The translations under genes and the position numbers were made by a program. A stretch of 64,000 bases of DNA from Lama glama (taxonomy: Eukaryota). The stretch is taken from NCBI GenBank assembly GCA_028534125.1, contig CM052818.1, positions 24,182,001 through 24,246,000 on the forward strand, written 5' to 3'. This document shows positions 1 through 13,099 of the stretch, piece by piece (positions within the stretch are counted from its first letter, which is position 1; each line of letters opens with the position of its first letter). The notes below the pieces were generated by a model that ran no database searches, was not told where the DNA came from, and worked only from the letters and a program-made list of their open reading frames with translations.

Positions 1-24
1 AAGGAATACCATTCTTAAATTTTA

Positions 25-178
25 TGGTAAGAGTACGCTTAATTTTGTGAGAAATCACCAAACTGTGTTCCAAAATGGCTGCACCATTTTGCATTTCCCC
101 TAGCAATGAATGGGAGTTCCTTGCCAGTATTTGATGATGTTAGCATTCCAAATTTTGGCTATTTAATAGGCATATTTG
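25..178 (-). mobile_element. Old L1 fragment (ORF2 3' region, antisense)
   Basis: 'ccaaactgtgttccaaaatggctgcaccattttgcatttcccctagcaatgaatgggagttcc' is typical antisense L1M ORF2 C-terminal sequence. Confidence 0.75.
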
Positions 179-1621
179 CAGACTTACTTTTTTAGAGACT
201 CTTTCTCCTAACTATGCCCCCAATTAACTAATGGGTCTTTTTCTGAGTCAATGAAAGTAAAATTCTCAGAACTCTAAGAGTAAGACATGAGTTCAAAAGA
301 TCTTTCAGTAAAATCCCTTTATTTCTACTCAGCATAAAATTAAATAATTATTAGAAACTACCCTTCCATGCTTCTCTGTCCTTCGTCCATAAGTTTCTTT
401 TCTTCCTTAATTTCTCTCACTCTGTTCTTTTTAAATCCTTTCAATCACATGACCTAAACTGGAAGTCCTTTCTGTTTTTAGGGAGCACAAATAGAGGAGT
501 GTCTACAATTAGGTCTATGAACAGAGCCGCAGTGATTCATTTTTGAGCTCTATCTTCATTTTTATTGTACAAGACAGCTTACAATGATGATATAGAGTTG
601 TATCTTTTCTATTCTCATTTGGTCTAGTAATAGATATTATAGTGAAGAGATACAGTCAAAAGATTACTATGTACTTATTTTATTGCCTCATGGTAAATCA
701 CATTACTCTTCTTGTGGAATTGGAATGCCCTATACCTTGCACCACACTCTCTAAGTGACAGTCTTATCAAGTCACTACATTCCTCCATGAAGGAGGCATT
801 ATCTCGTGGCAGATTGCCTGGTATGCCACAGAGCTGCTGCTGCAGGATTGTCCAAGCATCTTCTAACCTTGGGCCTGCCCCTGCTAGAGTTCCAGTCAAG
901 TTCTAATGGCAGTGGGAAGAGAACAAAAGAAAATGGAAATGGGGGCCCTTCTTGGATAATGAAATGGATAAAGAGAGTGAGCAGACACTTGTACCAAATA
1001 CCTTTAAAAGTATAATTTCACTTAAACAGAGTAAACTCACCCTGAACAATTAGGATATTTAAATGTAATTTTTATATATCTACAGAAAAAGATATTTTAA
1101 ATAATCAGTGGTGATCATAATGTTTAAAATTCCTTCCAGGATAATTCAGATTAGTCCTAAACAATAAAACCACAGATGATTGAGACAGTTATGTTTTTCA
1201 ATAACAAATTTTTATGTGAAAAGTAATTCAAATGAAATCATTTTCAGCATATTTATGACACAGGTTTTCTTCCTCCTCTACCTTCCCCCCTTCCTCTCTT
1301 TATCTCTTTCCTTTGCCACCACTCCTATGTGTGCTCTCCAAGCAAGCCTTCCTAAACCCCTTCAAGAGCACTGAATAGGCACACAAAAAGGAATGCCATG
1401 TAGGGCCACCACAGCTCAGAGAAAGTCCACACCCACTGGAAAAGCTCACGACTCCGCCAGAGGAATATCCAGTGAAGGAGCCATTCCCAACAATCTCTTC
1501 CAGATACAAACATTTATAGGTAAAACTATATTTTTATAAAAACTGAAACTAGATTTTATCAGTTGTTGGAGGTTGTTATTTTTATTATTTTGGTAGTGGT
1601 ATTAATTTTCCCTTCTCTTTT

Positions 1622-2212
1622 AAAAAGATACATGCACTCCAATGTTTATAGCAGCACTATTTACAATAGCCAAAACATGGAAACAATCTAAATGTCCATT
1701 GACAAATGACTGGATAAAGAAAATGTGGTATATATATATATGAGTATTACTTGGCCATAAAAAAGCATAAAATAATGCCACTTACAGCAACATATATGAA
1801 CCTGGAGATCATCATACTAAGTGAAGAAAGCCAGAAAGAGAAAGAAAAATACCATATGATATCACTCATATGTGGAATCTTAAAAAAAAAAAAAGACACA
1901 AATGAACTTATTTGCAAAATGAAAACAGACTCACAGACGTAGAAAACAAACTCATGGTTACCAGGGGGAAAGCAGGTGGGAAGGGCTAAAATAGGAGTTG
2001 GAGATTTGCAGATATTAACTACTTCATATAAAATAGATAAACAACAAATTTCTATTGTATGGCATAGGCAACTATATCCAATATCTTGTAGTAACCTATA
2101 ATGAAAAAGAGAATGAAAAGGAATATATATGTATATGTATGACTAAAACACTATGCTGTACACCAGAAACTGACACAACATTGTAAACTGACTGCACTTC
2201 AATTAAAAAAAA
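1622..2212 (+). mobile_element. 5'-truncated camelid/cetartiodactyl L1 (ORF2 end, 3'UTR, A tail)
   Basis: 'aagatacatgcactccaatgtttatagcagcactatttacaatagccaaaacatgg' through 'gtaaactgactgcacttcaattaaaaaaaa'; closely similar to copies at 14760-15206, 22492-22970 and 50012-50487. Confidence 0.9.
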
Positions 2213-3869
2213 TTAATTGCTCTTATCTGATAAATCAGCCAACATTTCCATGTATAAAATCAAGTTCGAGGGATCCCTAAATACATTTCTAAAGCACTGG
2301 TTCTCCCAGGCTGCAGCTTCCTGAAGCTATAGCAGGTATAAGTACAAATAGCTAACAGATAAAATATGGCCAATTTGAAGAGAGTCCATGGAAAGTTTCC
2401 TCTACTCATAACGTTTTTACTTCTCATCCTTTAAAGGGCTGACTTTCTGTGCTTAGATTGGGAAAATGAGCCAAAGAATTAGGGTGATTACTGACTTCAC
2501 TCTCACCAATTCTTTTGAGGTTACCACCTATTCCTTAGATTTAAAAATATTGCAGCTTAAAGTAGCAACATATTTATCACTGTAGCAGCAGCATCAAAAA
2601 ATAAATAAAATAAGAAAACCAATAAATAATAACCAGATAGATAGATAGATGTAAATCCATAGATATATGTGGAGATAACTGGAGAGAGAGAGAGATGGCT
2701 TCATATTCTAAGACAAATTCTTTTCTAAGGGCCCCTGAATCAAATGTATTCTTATAAAGAGTCTATATAAAAATAATGTCAATAGTCAGTGTTAACAAGT
2801 ATTGAGACTCTGAACATATTAATTTCATACAAGTCTATGTCTACCACTCTTTGGATCTTTGCCTCTTCCTCACTTGGGAACCATGGGAGGGCATTTGGGA
2901 TGTTGCTCAGGGAAGCTTCTTTCTGAGCTCCCTAAAATCCCACCCTACCAACCTCAACCCTCATGTTCCTTAATTAGGAAACATGTCCTTTGCCTCATTT
3001 CTACCCCAGTGTAAATTATCTGGTTTCCCTGGGTCCCACCCCAGAGTGGGGGAACACTTTCCATCCTCTGTCATCCATGTAGAATTCTTAATCGTGGTAG
3101 AAAAAAAGAGGCAGATTTAAGTGAGCCTTTGAGGTTAAAAAAAAAATCAATTAAACTTGACCCTACAACTGTGAGAGGTAAGAGACAAGGAGGAAATCAA
3201 CAGTGAATCAAATGTTTTGAATTAATATCTAAGTGATTGTCCTGGAAATGTATGATGCATGCCTTTGGTTCTTTAAAAATAACATCAGTCGCTATGGGTC
3301 CATTGCAAAATTGTTCAAGTGATCGAAATAATACTTGATCTAGTCTAAAGAAGCCATCATTAGATAGTAGTATTCGTATATGCAAAACTACAGAAAGATT
3401 GAGTAGTGATTCAGTAACTCTGTAGGTTTTCTCCCACTTCCCTTCTATTCCAGCCTTTATGTTCTTGGACTTTAGTAAGAAGCTTTATCATAGAATACTT
3501 TGACAGAATTAATGTGCACAATGAAACTGCAATTGGCCTTCACTTTCTTGGACATTTTTCCACTTCCCCATTTTGTGGACTGCAAAGCATTTGAATATAC
3601 TTAGGCCCATTTAAACAACAAAATATCACCTTGAATGAGGTGTTTGCTGAGTTGAAAAGACAGGAGTGGCCCTGACCCAATACCTGAAGTCTTTTCATCT
3701 CATACAGTGTCGCTCATTATGGTTGTGACCCAAGTCATTTTAACAGCTAGAGGCCAACTTCAACGAGGACCTGGGGTATAGATATTTCTATTCAGGGCTC
3801 TTACTGCCTTTATTGTTATACTTGTTCATGGGATTATATATAGTGAAACCAAATTCTTGCCCTGAAAAT

Positions 3870-4030
3870 AGATTCCACTATGTGACCTAGGTGGAATTAA
3901 TTTACCTTAATGTCTTCATGTGCAAAATGGGCATAGTAGTATTATCTTACTAAGAGGGTTTTTGTAGGAATTATGTAAGACAGTTTAACTCACTCACTGG
4001 CAGATCATAAGCTTTTAATAAAAGTTATCA
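3870..4030 (+). mobile_element. Degenerate MIR SINE
   Basis: 'tatgtgacctaggtgg...tcttcatgtgcaaaatgggcatagtagta' resembles the MIR core. Confidence 0.55.
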
Positions 4031-5329
4031 TCATAATCATTGCCATTATGCTCTTGATTGATGATCACAGTGGTATTTCTTAGTTCTCTGATTGGACTAT
4101 TCTCTTACGATCTAATTCCTCTAAGGGCAGGTCCAAAGATAGATCCATTTGCATTGCCCTGTCTCTACTGTCACTTGATATATTGCCTATTCTCTGCTTG
4201 TATAACACAGGCTTAAATCAATAATAGCCACCTCCCAACTATATTTAATGTTCCTGCTTTGAAAATATAATCAGACCAAGACATATATACTAGGATAGTG
4301 ATTGCAAGATTGTTCTACAATAGAGAAAAAGCAGTAATTTACACATGATCTAAGTCATGATCAATAAAAATTAAAGAAATTAATTATGGTTCACTCTCAG
4401 ATTACAATATAATTTTTAAGGAGGATGAAGATGTTCTATGTGCTTTGACACGAGGGAAAAAAACATGAAACATTTAATAAAGCTGTTTTAGAGGAGAGCA
4501 TGTATGCTGTAATATTACTGATATTTTAAATTATATAAAATGAGGTGTATCATATATATCGCATGGGCAAACCTACACACTTTGTCATATAGGATTACCA
4601 CATCATGTGAAGAGTGCCTGGAGTTTGAGAATGTAGAGTACTTTCTCTGATACTGTGTATACTATTGTAATATTTGTACTGTATTATTTGTGTTTAGCAG
4701 TGCTTTAGAGGTTGTAGCATTTAAGAATCATTATTCTCACCTCCACGTATGGTAGGAAAAATAATTCTTGTAAAAGTAAACCACCCCTTTTTGGGTCTCA
4801 AGATGCCTCTATTTACTATTTCTGTTCTTTCTCTAAGGGCTGACTAATCAAATCCTCAAGGGAAAAAATGAACTAAACAGAAAAGATGACATTCAAAGCA
4901 AGAGGAAAAAAAATCATGTAAAGGCTATAAGGAAGATTTTACGGAGGCAAACAAAAACTTACACTACTATGAGAAAACTTCCTGAGCTGCAGAGGTGATT
5001 TTCCTAAAAATCCACATGGAAGAATAAAGCTAGTGAATCCGTACCATTTCCCTCATGCTCCTGTGGCAACACCTACTAAACAAGCATCAGATAAGAGCTT
5101 GGATTTTTTTTTTATTTCAGCCACTTTTGAATTTTAAGTTAAACTCAACTCTGCTGTGAGGCTTCATGGATTAACTCAGTCCAAGAAATCACATACACAG
5201 TCACTTTGAAATCTGTATATTGACTATTATTTGAACATTACTTTTTAAAATAAAAAGGTTGTTTTTATTATGAATGTTATTACATGACAGTCCATCACGA
5301 CTGAAACTGTGATTAAAAAATTTTAAGTT

Positions 5330-5890
5330 CAAGAAAAATATATTTATTCAACCTAAGACAGTCACTATAAATATTTTGTCTTATTTCCTTCTAAATATTT
5401 CTATATTTCATAGATTTGGATTTTTTCAGTTTTATAGTATTGTCATCATGGTGAATGTACAATTTCCTCTTATTATTACGGCTTATGTATCCTGCATATG
5501 AAGATGGACTCATTAACGTAATTTAATAAGTCTAATATATTCTATTATGTTTCTGTATCTGGCTTTATTTTTCCATTATTTTTGTTAAACAGCTCAGTTG
5601 TTTCATATTTTTTATTATTATAGAAATCTTCATGCATAAAGTCTTCTTTAAAATATTAAAAATACTTTATTTAGAATAATGTCCCAGAAGTGGCCCAAGA
5701 ATGTGCAAATTCTAAAGATCTTAATATATGTCTCCAAATTGCTTTCCAAAATGATTTTGCCTATTTAATCTACATGGATGAGCTTGCCTCTTTCTGCATA
5801 TTGACTTTCAAGGGTCTCAGGAACTTTTAAAATCTCTCTCAAAACAAGAAATATTCTCATTATTTTCACTGCTGAATACTTTGTATATCT
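5330..5890 (-). mobile_element. Highly decayed antisense L1 (L1ME-like)
   Basis: AT-rich tract with L1 antisense motifs such as 'tgtctccaaattgctttccaaaatgattttgcc' and 'cccagaagtgg'. Confidence 0.45.
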
Positions 5891-7599
5891 TCCTTTATAC
5901 ACAATGGTATTATGTCAATATCACACACTGATGGCTATATTGAGAATACATTCAGTTGTTAGAGTCCATAAAACTGATAAAAAGCAAAACTTTGTATGTC
6001 TTTGCCTGCCACTACCATTTCCCCATTTTTATAAAATAGTTAATAAATGAAAGCAGAGACAACAGGCAGAAAATAAAGAAAGATGTCAGAGGTTGGAGAA
6101 TAATGTATTACTCTGATAAATTGCTGTAATTGATGTTTTAAATGTATGGATATAATTAGATTTAAATTATATAGTATAAGAAAAGATTTTAGTGTATTAA
6201 ATAAAAGTCCTACATAAGCATATTTTATAACTTAGGGTGGAATGTAAGTGAAATGAAGACCAAAGAAATGTAATAGCAGTTGTATATATAAGAAATAAAT
6301 TCTTTAAATATTAAAATACTTCCATTTTCACAGAAAGCCAAACAACAACATCAACCAGGCAGAGCTGCAGTTTTTTTCAGCATCACACTGCAAATTCCTA
6401 CCACTGCACTAAAACCATACCAGTGATAAAGTATCTTACATCATTAACACAGAGATCCTCAGTCACTTGAATCAATAATGTGATAAGAACTCTGAGGATA
6501 ATTCTAAAAAATGAAAGGTAAATAAGATGAGGTTAGAGATATCACAGTAACCTTGGCTTCAGAGAGGGTAGCATTGGGATGCTAACAATTAAAACAGGCT
6601 ATAGGTGGTCCAATAACAAAATCCGATCTCTACAAAAGAACTGAGCCAATTGAGAATAGAGAAAAAAAGAACCAGCTAATAACAATAAAAGATGAAAAAA
6701 TGTGGCTTATATCTTTAAGGAAATGGACTCCAAATATTGATTCTCAGACAAGGCATAGCTGTCACAGAACTCGCACAGGGCATTGTACCAGACACAGAAA
6801 GTGTTTCTGAAACACTCACAGCATGAAAGAGCAAAGCAGAATTCTTGTTTTATGGACAAGGCTGCTCCCAGGGAACAAAGAAACATGCATGCCAGTTCCC
6901 TAAGCCAAAATGCACCAATTAATGCATTCCTTTGTCCCTGGGATGATTATATGGGGATATGAAGTGCTCACAGGAGTTTCATCCTAGTGGAACCTTCTCC
7001 ATCTGGAAGGAAATATCAGATATTAGGAAGAAGTGTGCTTCCCACTGAATATTCCCAATCTCTTTGCTCCACTTTTCCTTTAGGTTTAACCATTGAAATG
7101 GCCATTCACAGAAATCCAAATCCACCAGGGCAGCCCTGGCACTAAGCATTCATCCTACCTGAATCCCTAGAGACATCCCATCTCTATTTTAGGAAATCAT
7201 CTTTGAGACATTGCTGTCTTCTTAAAATATTTAGAAATTCACTCCATCACAGCTGCACTTAACTCTAAAGAGGAGGTTTTTTGTTCCTGCTTCATAGTGA
7301 CTACGTTTACTATAGAATTACTTAAGCCTGTGAAATCCTCCTCTAAGGAAGTTTTGCATCTTGTCTTTACTTTTTTTTTATCAGCTAGAAAACTCACTCT
7401 CATTAGATTCCTTTACAGGAGCTGCTTGAGATGTTGCTGAAACTTGTGACCTAGCTAGATCCATTCCTCTACCATGTATTCTTCAAGAGCCTTTGCATTT
7501 TCAAGGACATAAATAGCGTTCTCTCTTTTCACTCTTTTTGCACTAATTGGAGGTGCCCGACTATATTACTGAACTATTATTTACCTGCAGATTAACATT

Positions 7600-7775
7600 T
7601 TCCGGGGGCTAGGAGAGGAATAATGGTGAGCAACTGCCAATGAGTATGGGATTTTTTTTTTTGAGGGAGGTTGATGAAAATGTCCTGGGTGTAGATAATG
7701 ATGGTGGTTCACAACTTTGTAAATCTACTACAAACCACTGAATTGTACACTTTAAAAGGGTGAATGTTGTGGATA
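7600..7775 (+). mobile_element. Old L1 (L1MB-like) 3'UTR end fragment
   Basis: 'gatgaaaatgtcctg...gatggtggttcacaactttgtaaatctactacaaaccactgaattgtacactttaaaagggtgaat'. Confidence 0.8.
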
Positions 7776-7919
7776 CACGTACTCATACTCAACTGATTTA
7801 CTTTGATTGATAGATTGATTTTCTGTTAATAAAAATAGCCTGCAACAACCTTGAGACTACTTTCTCTGTATTCTGGGTTTAAAGCAATACATATATTTGA
7901 GATTAAGAGGTCATTTTCT

Positions 7920-8775
7920 CGCTATTGGCAGTAGGAATTACAAATATAGAAAAGGGAAAAACAGAAATGTTTCCTGTGGTGTTGAATGGGAATTAATATG
8001 AACTCAGTCATTACACAGATACACAGAGGAACTGACAGGTGCATCTGTAAATGTATAGGATGCGTGTATGTACATGCATGTATTTTCTAGCTCCATCTGC
8101 TGAGTGGGCCTAGAGGGAATGACACACCAGTAACAATGAATAAATTTCTTCCCCAGACCTTCATTTCTAAATGTTATTCTCTACTGAAAGGAACCAGGAC
8201 TCATTGAAGTAAATACCAATAACAAGTCTGGAGCAGAGAAAACCCAATATGGGTCTGGAACATTTTCACCAAAATAGAAATGACCACAAAATCATGGAGG
8301 CAAGCAAAAAAGATTGTAAAAGTTCCCACTGGCCAAAACTAGTGCAACTTGAGCATTAAAATAATAATACAATAACAATAAATAAACCTGAATACAACAA
8401 GAATCCATGAATCTATATGCATACACATAAATCAACTAATTAATAATGAGAGACAAGAAATCTCTATCAATAGAATGCCAATTAATAAATATAGAAGAAA
8501 TGATAAGGTTAGAAATAACCAACATCTGCTAAATTAAATGGGTGAAATTTTGATGAGGAATAGGATATTGATATAGTCTTAAAATGCCTCCCCACAAGTT
8601 ACAGATTAGTTACATCTTAATTTTTAGTGGAGGTACTGGGGATTGAACCCAGGACCTCACGCATGCTAGGCATGCACTCTACCACTGAGCTATCCCCTCC
8701 CCAGATTCATTGTAAGTGGAAAAATAATGTATAGTGGAGAATCCTTGCAGACATCACTTAACCACATGACCAAAG
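7920..8775 (+). mobile_element. Old L1MC/L1MD-type 3'UTR fragment, interrupted by the SINE at 8621-8702
   Basis: 'ctgctgagtgggcctagagggaatgacacaccagtaacaatg', 'ctactgaaaggaaccaggactc'; the sequence resumes after the SINE with 'gtggagaatccttgcagacatcacttaaccacatgaccaaag'. Confidence 0.65.
8621..8702 (-). mobile_element. tRNA-Ala-derived SINE (camelid Vic-1-like)
   Basis: Reverse complement GGGGAGGGGATAGCTCAGTGGTAGAGTGCATGCCTAGCATGCGTGAGGTCCTGGGTTCAATCCCCAGTACCTCCACTAAAAA: Pol III A box (TAGCTCAGTGG), B box (GGTTCAATCC), AGC anticodon-like loop and A-rich tail. Confidence 0.85.
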
Positions 8776-9389
8776 AGAGAAAGTGGAAATGACTTTGTAC
8801 TTCATAATAGGGAAATTAACATCTATGTGGATAATGTCTTTGCTCCCTTAACACTATTGTGACCACCATCCTGAAAGCTGTGGGGAAACGTCAAGCATTG
8901 GAGATCCAGAAGTTACAGATTTGGATTTGAATAAATGAAGGGAAAATGTCACTTATCACAGAGAACATAGCCAACAACCTACTTCTTAGAACAGCAACAA
9001 TATTTTTTTCCTCTATCAATGCCTTTTTGGTATCTCTTTGTTTTTAGATAAAGGACTGTGATGGTCAGATCACAAAGACAAAATCTATTTAAATGGCAAG
9101 GAGATGTCCTGGCTCCTAGGTCAGAGGAAAGATGAGAATGTGATGGCTAGTGGTGAGTATACTTTAACTGCTTAATGCCAAGATACTTAGCTGGTGAATA
9201 GAAGGTTACATGGCTATACTAATATTCCATGACAAGAATTATTCTGGAAGAATAATGTGTTTGTATTTTAAGTCTTTATGTATACTTTTCTCAAATTTGG
9301 TCATCCATCTCCTTGGCACATCTGAAGTGTAATCCATTGTCATTTTATCATGCAGTGCCTATTTTAAACAATAAAAAGGGAAAATGCTA

Positions 9390-10085
9390 TTCATCGATCA
9401 CTAATTGTGTACCAGATCTGTACTTGTCGTGAGACATACATTATCTCATTGTGATTAGGCAAAATAGTGACCCCACAAAGAAGTCCATTTCATAATCCCC
9501 AGAACCTGCGAACACATTACCTTACATGGTAAAAAGGATTTTGCAGATGAGATTAAGTTAAGGACCTTGAGACAGAGAGATTATCCTGGATTATCTGGAT
9601 GGGTCCATTCTACTCCTACATCTTTACAAGTGGAAAACCTTATCTGGTTGGTCCAAGAGATGAAAGTATAAAGATTCTACCTCTCCTTGTTGGCTTTGAA
9701 GGTGGAGGGCAGAAGCCAAGAATCAAAATATCTGGCAGATTTAGAAACTGGAAATATCCAGGAAATAGAGCTTCAGAAAGGCATGTAGCTCTGCCAACAT
9801 CTTGATTTTAGCTCAGTGAAATTTGTGGTGGAAAAGCCACCTTTAGAACCATAAAATAATAAATTTGCATTGTTTAAGCCATCACGTTTGTGTTAACTTG
9901 TAACAGCATGATTAGGAAACCAACATACTCACGAAATGTCCGTAATTTCACTTCAAGTGTGTAGCATTCCCTCCATTTCACAGATATCAAAAATGAAGCA
10001 AACAATCATTTACTTCATTTGTCAAGTTCACATAAGTAACCAACTGCTAGACTGGAATTAATACCTGGGCTTTGGAATTCTACAG
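9390..10085 (-). mobile_element. MIR SINE split in two by the MLT1 LTR
   Basis: Left half 'ttgtgtaccagatctgtac...acattatctcat', right half 'ctccatttcacagat...aatgaagc...tttgtcaagttcaca...ctggaattaatacctgg'. Confidence 0.55.
9450..9927 (+). mobile_element. MaLR solo LTR (MLT1D-like)
   Basis: TG start, 'ataatccccagaacctg...taccttacatggtaaaaaggattttgcagatgagattaagttaaggaccttgag', end 'aataaatttgcattgtttaagcc...ggaaaccaacata'; flanks ctcat/ctcac resemble a 5-bp TSD. Confidence 0.85.
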
Positions 10086-10360
10086 TCTTTTAGGAATGAT
10101 AGGTTTTTCATGTGTGATCACAATTAGGTATCATTTCATCTTTTAATAAATGTATCAGCTAAATAAATTTATAAAAGTAATAAGTCAAATATAAGTATAA
10201 TATAGTTGTAATATTTCCATTCCTTGAAATGATGAAAACAGTAGCAGAGAGAAAAGCTCTAATCATTAAGACTTATCTAGGATAGTTAACCTTATTATGG
10301 AAAAGGATATTCTAATAGATTAACTTTTTTTAATCTAAGAATGAAGAATAGGATTGATAT

Positions 10361-11033
10361 AATCAAAAGAAAGACAGTAACTAGTGTTAATGAGTATGTG
10401 GTGAAGTTGGAAGACTCATATTTTGGCTGGTGGGGATGTTAAAGAATGCAGTGCTTTAGGAAATTCTTTGGGAATCCCACAAAAGTTAAATGTAGAATTA
10501 CCATATGACCCAGCAATTCCATTCCTAGATAAAAATCCAAGAGAATTGAAAACATATGTCCACATAAAAACTTGCATGCAAATGTTCATTGTAGCATTAC
10601 TCATAATATCTAGAAAGGGCAAACCACCCAAATGTTCATCAAGTGAATGAACAGCTAAACAAAACGTGATCTATCCCCACAATAAAATATTAATCAGCCA
10701 TAAAATGAAAGGGAGTACTGGTTTGTACTACAATATGGATGACCTTGAATATATTATGCTAAGTTGGAAAAGCTAAGCAGAAAAGACCACATATTACGTG
10801 ACATTTATATGAAATGTCCAGAATTGGAAAATCCATAGAGACAGAGTATCAATCAGCAGTTGCCAGGGGTTGGGGAGAGGGAAAATGGGGAGTGATTGTT
10901 AATAGATGTGGGCTTTCTTTGAGGAATGTGAAAATGTTCTAAAATTAAAGAGTGGTGAGGGTGATCCAACATTGTAGAAGTGCTAAAAATGCTAAAAAGA
11001 TAAAAATGGTATGGTATGTGAATTATATCTCAA
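10361..11033 (+). mobile_element. Old L1 (L1MB-like) ORF2 C-terminus and 3'UTR
   Basis: ORF 10423-10650 contains 'KLNVELPYDPAIPFL..PRELKTYVHIKTCMQMFIVAL', the L1 ORF2 C-terminal motif; ends with 'gtatgtgaattatatctcaa'. Confidence 0.9.
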
Positions 11034-11147
11034 GGGGAAAGGAACTGAAAACCAAACATGAAAAGGTGGATCTAAAGAGCTGAAAATGTTACATGGAGTT
11101 TTCACTCTGATACTTACCCCTGTAGTTTGAACAAGTTGTAGTCATCT

Positions 11148-12864
11148 GGGGAGTGGCCAAGATGGCAGGGTAGAAGGATGTTCTTAGCTCACCCTCTTAC
11201 AGGAATACACCAAGAGAGACATCCATGGACCCACCCATTTACTCAGAACACCTGCTGAACTGTGACAGGACATCACCTTCTTCAAAAGACAAAATTCCTC
11301 ATAAATCTGGTAGGAGGAAAAAAAGTAGAAAAAGGAAATTAGTGCAGGACCTGTCCGGTGGGGAGGGAGCCGCAAAGGAAGAATACGGCTCTTATGCTCG
11401 GTCTCCCCCTCTGCAACAGAGAGGTCAGTGGGGATGGAGGGGGACCTCCGAGGCTCGGATCTGTGCACCAGCCCTTGGCCAGCTGACAGAACTAAGTGAA
11501 ACAGGCACACAGGGTCCCTGTGACCCCCCCCCCCCAGCCCTAGACGCGAGCGAGTGGGGGTGGGCCGCGACTGGCTGCCCGGGCCTGGAGGAGGACTGGG
11601 GCCCACTGTACACAGGAAGCCTCAGGGCACTGGAGTGTGCTGTGCGCCCTGGCTGGGAGGGTATACAGATCAGAACAGCCTGGGTCCTTCATTTAAAAAA
11701 AAAAAAAAAAGAGGAAGTAGAAAGAAAAAGCAACACTGGGGGTGTGCCCTGCGGGGAGGGGCGCAACGCTGCCTGAGCATAGCATTAGTCTCCACAGCCC
11801 AGGGCACCATTGCTGGCGCTTCCTCGGGAGAAGAGAGGCGGGGCTCGGCCGTGGCCACCATCTTGTCTGGTGCGAGGCTCCAGGGAGTAGCTGGGGTTTA
11901 AAACTGAATCCATACCCAAGGCCTCCGCAACTTCATAGGTGGAACTGCGATTTGTTTAGTCTCAGGCAGAGGGGACTGTTCTGCTCCATGGGTGCCTTTG
12001 TCCACCCGCGCCTCTAAGACAAACGAGCAAGGAGCGGCGCTCCGGCACACAGCGGGGGCGGGGGGTGGGTGCGGCCGTTCCTGCGCGCCCGCCTGCCCTG
12101 CGCAGACTCGGCGCTGGGAAGCGCGCTGACCCCGTGGCCTGCGCCACGGGCCTCCAGAAAAAGCGAGTGGAGTTTGCGCAGTGGGGCGAGTGCAGGGGCT
12201 GCGTTTGTCTCTAGGGACAGCACTGACTTGGTAGCCTGAATGTGCAGTTGCTACAGGGGTAAAGGCCCTACCTGCACAGGCCTCTAAGACAAGTGAGCAG
12301 AGTTCAAGCAGCAGGGTGAGCAGGAGCGGCACTGGGTGCACAGGACAGCGCTGACCAGATAGTGCGCCACAATCCAGGTGTGCAACCCAGAAGTCACTGG
12401 AACTGCACTGGTAGCCCTGAGGGCACAGAACCTGGGGGACACCAGAGCAGTGAACGCACATTCCTACAATGAAAGCAGGGACAAGGGCAGAGTCAAAAAA
12501 GAGCACTTAAAGCTCTCCATCCCCACCTACTGCAGCTCAGAAACGGGTCTGAAAGCCTCCATTCCAACAAGAGGGGAACAGACCTGACCCCTGTCGGGTT
12601 GTGACAACCACAGAACAAAAAGAGGCCCCGCTCAACAACCCCGGGCGGGCTCTGGTCACCACAACACCAGCCATACCTGCAAACAAAGGGATAACAGCCA
12701 GCAACACAGAAAAAAGATGTGGCAATCATCCATACTAAAAAGAGACCTCGTGACAAAACTATTAGGGGCACACAGTCTACACAGGAAAGCATCCTCTTAA
12801 AAAAAAGTTGCTCAAGACCACAGTAGACAACGGATACTCCATAATCCAGAGATACACAAGGAAA
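11148..12864 (+). promoter_or_regulatory. L1 5'UTR internal promoter, CpG-rich
   Basis: The only strongly GC/CpG-rich tract in the window (densest ~11540-12200); YY1-like CAAGATGGC at 11158-11166 and antisense 'gccaccatcttg' at 11854-11865. Confidence 0.75.
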
Positions 12865-13099
12865 ACGAAGAAACAGAGGAACTACTCCCAATTAAAAGAA
12901 CAAGAAAAATCCCCTGAAAGAACACTCAATGAAATAGACCTCGCCTACTCTACTAGATCGTGACTTCAAAAAAGGAGTGATTAAGGCACTTAAGGAACCA
13001 AAAGAGACTATGAATAGAGACAGAGACTACTATAAAAAGGAAATTGAAACTATAAAGAGGAGCCAATTAAAAACAGAAAACTCAATGGCTGAAATAAGA
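12865..13099 (+). pseudogene. L1 ORF1 N-terminal remnant
   Basis: ACG (presumed mutated ATG) then KKQRNYSQLKEQEKSPERTLNEID; after a frameshift DFKKGVIKALKE...KTENSMAEIR, typical laurasiatherian ORF1p start. Confidence 0.75.

Noticed and set aside
8621..8702. tRNA-Ala gene
   Set aside because: Imperfect acceptor stem, A-rich tail, insertion inside an L1 and a sibling copy with a TSD all indicate a SINE
11184..12891. Cluster of overlapping 60-200 aa ORFs on both strands
   Set aside because: They lie in the GC-rich L1 5'UTR where stops are scarce; low-complexity peptides with no recognisable domain
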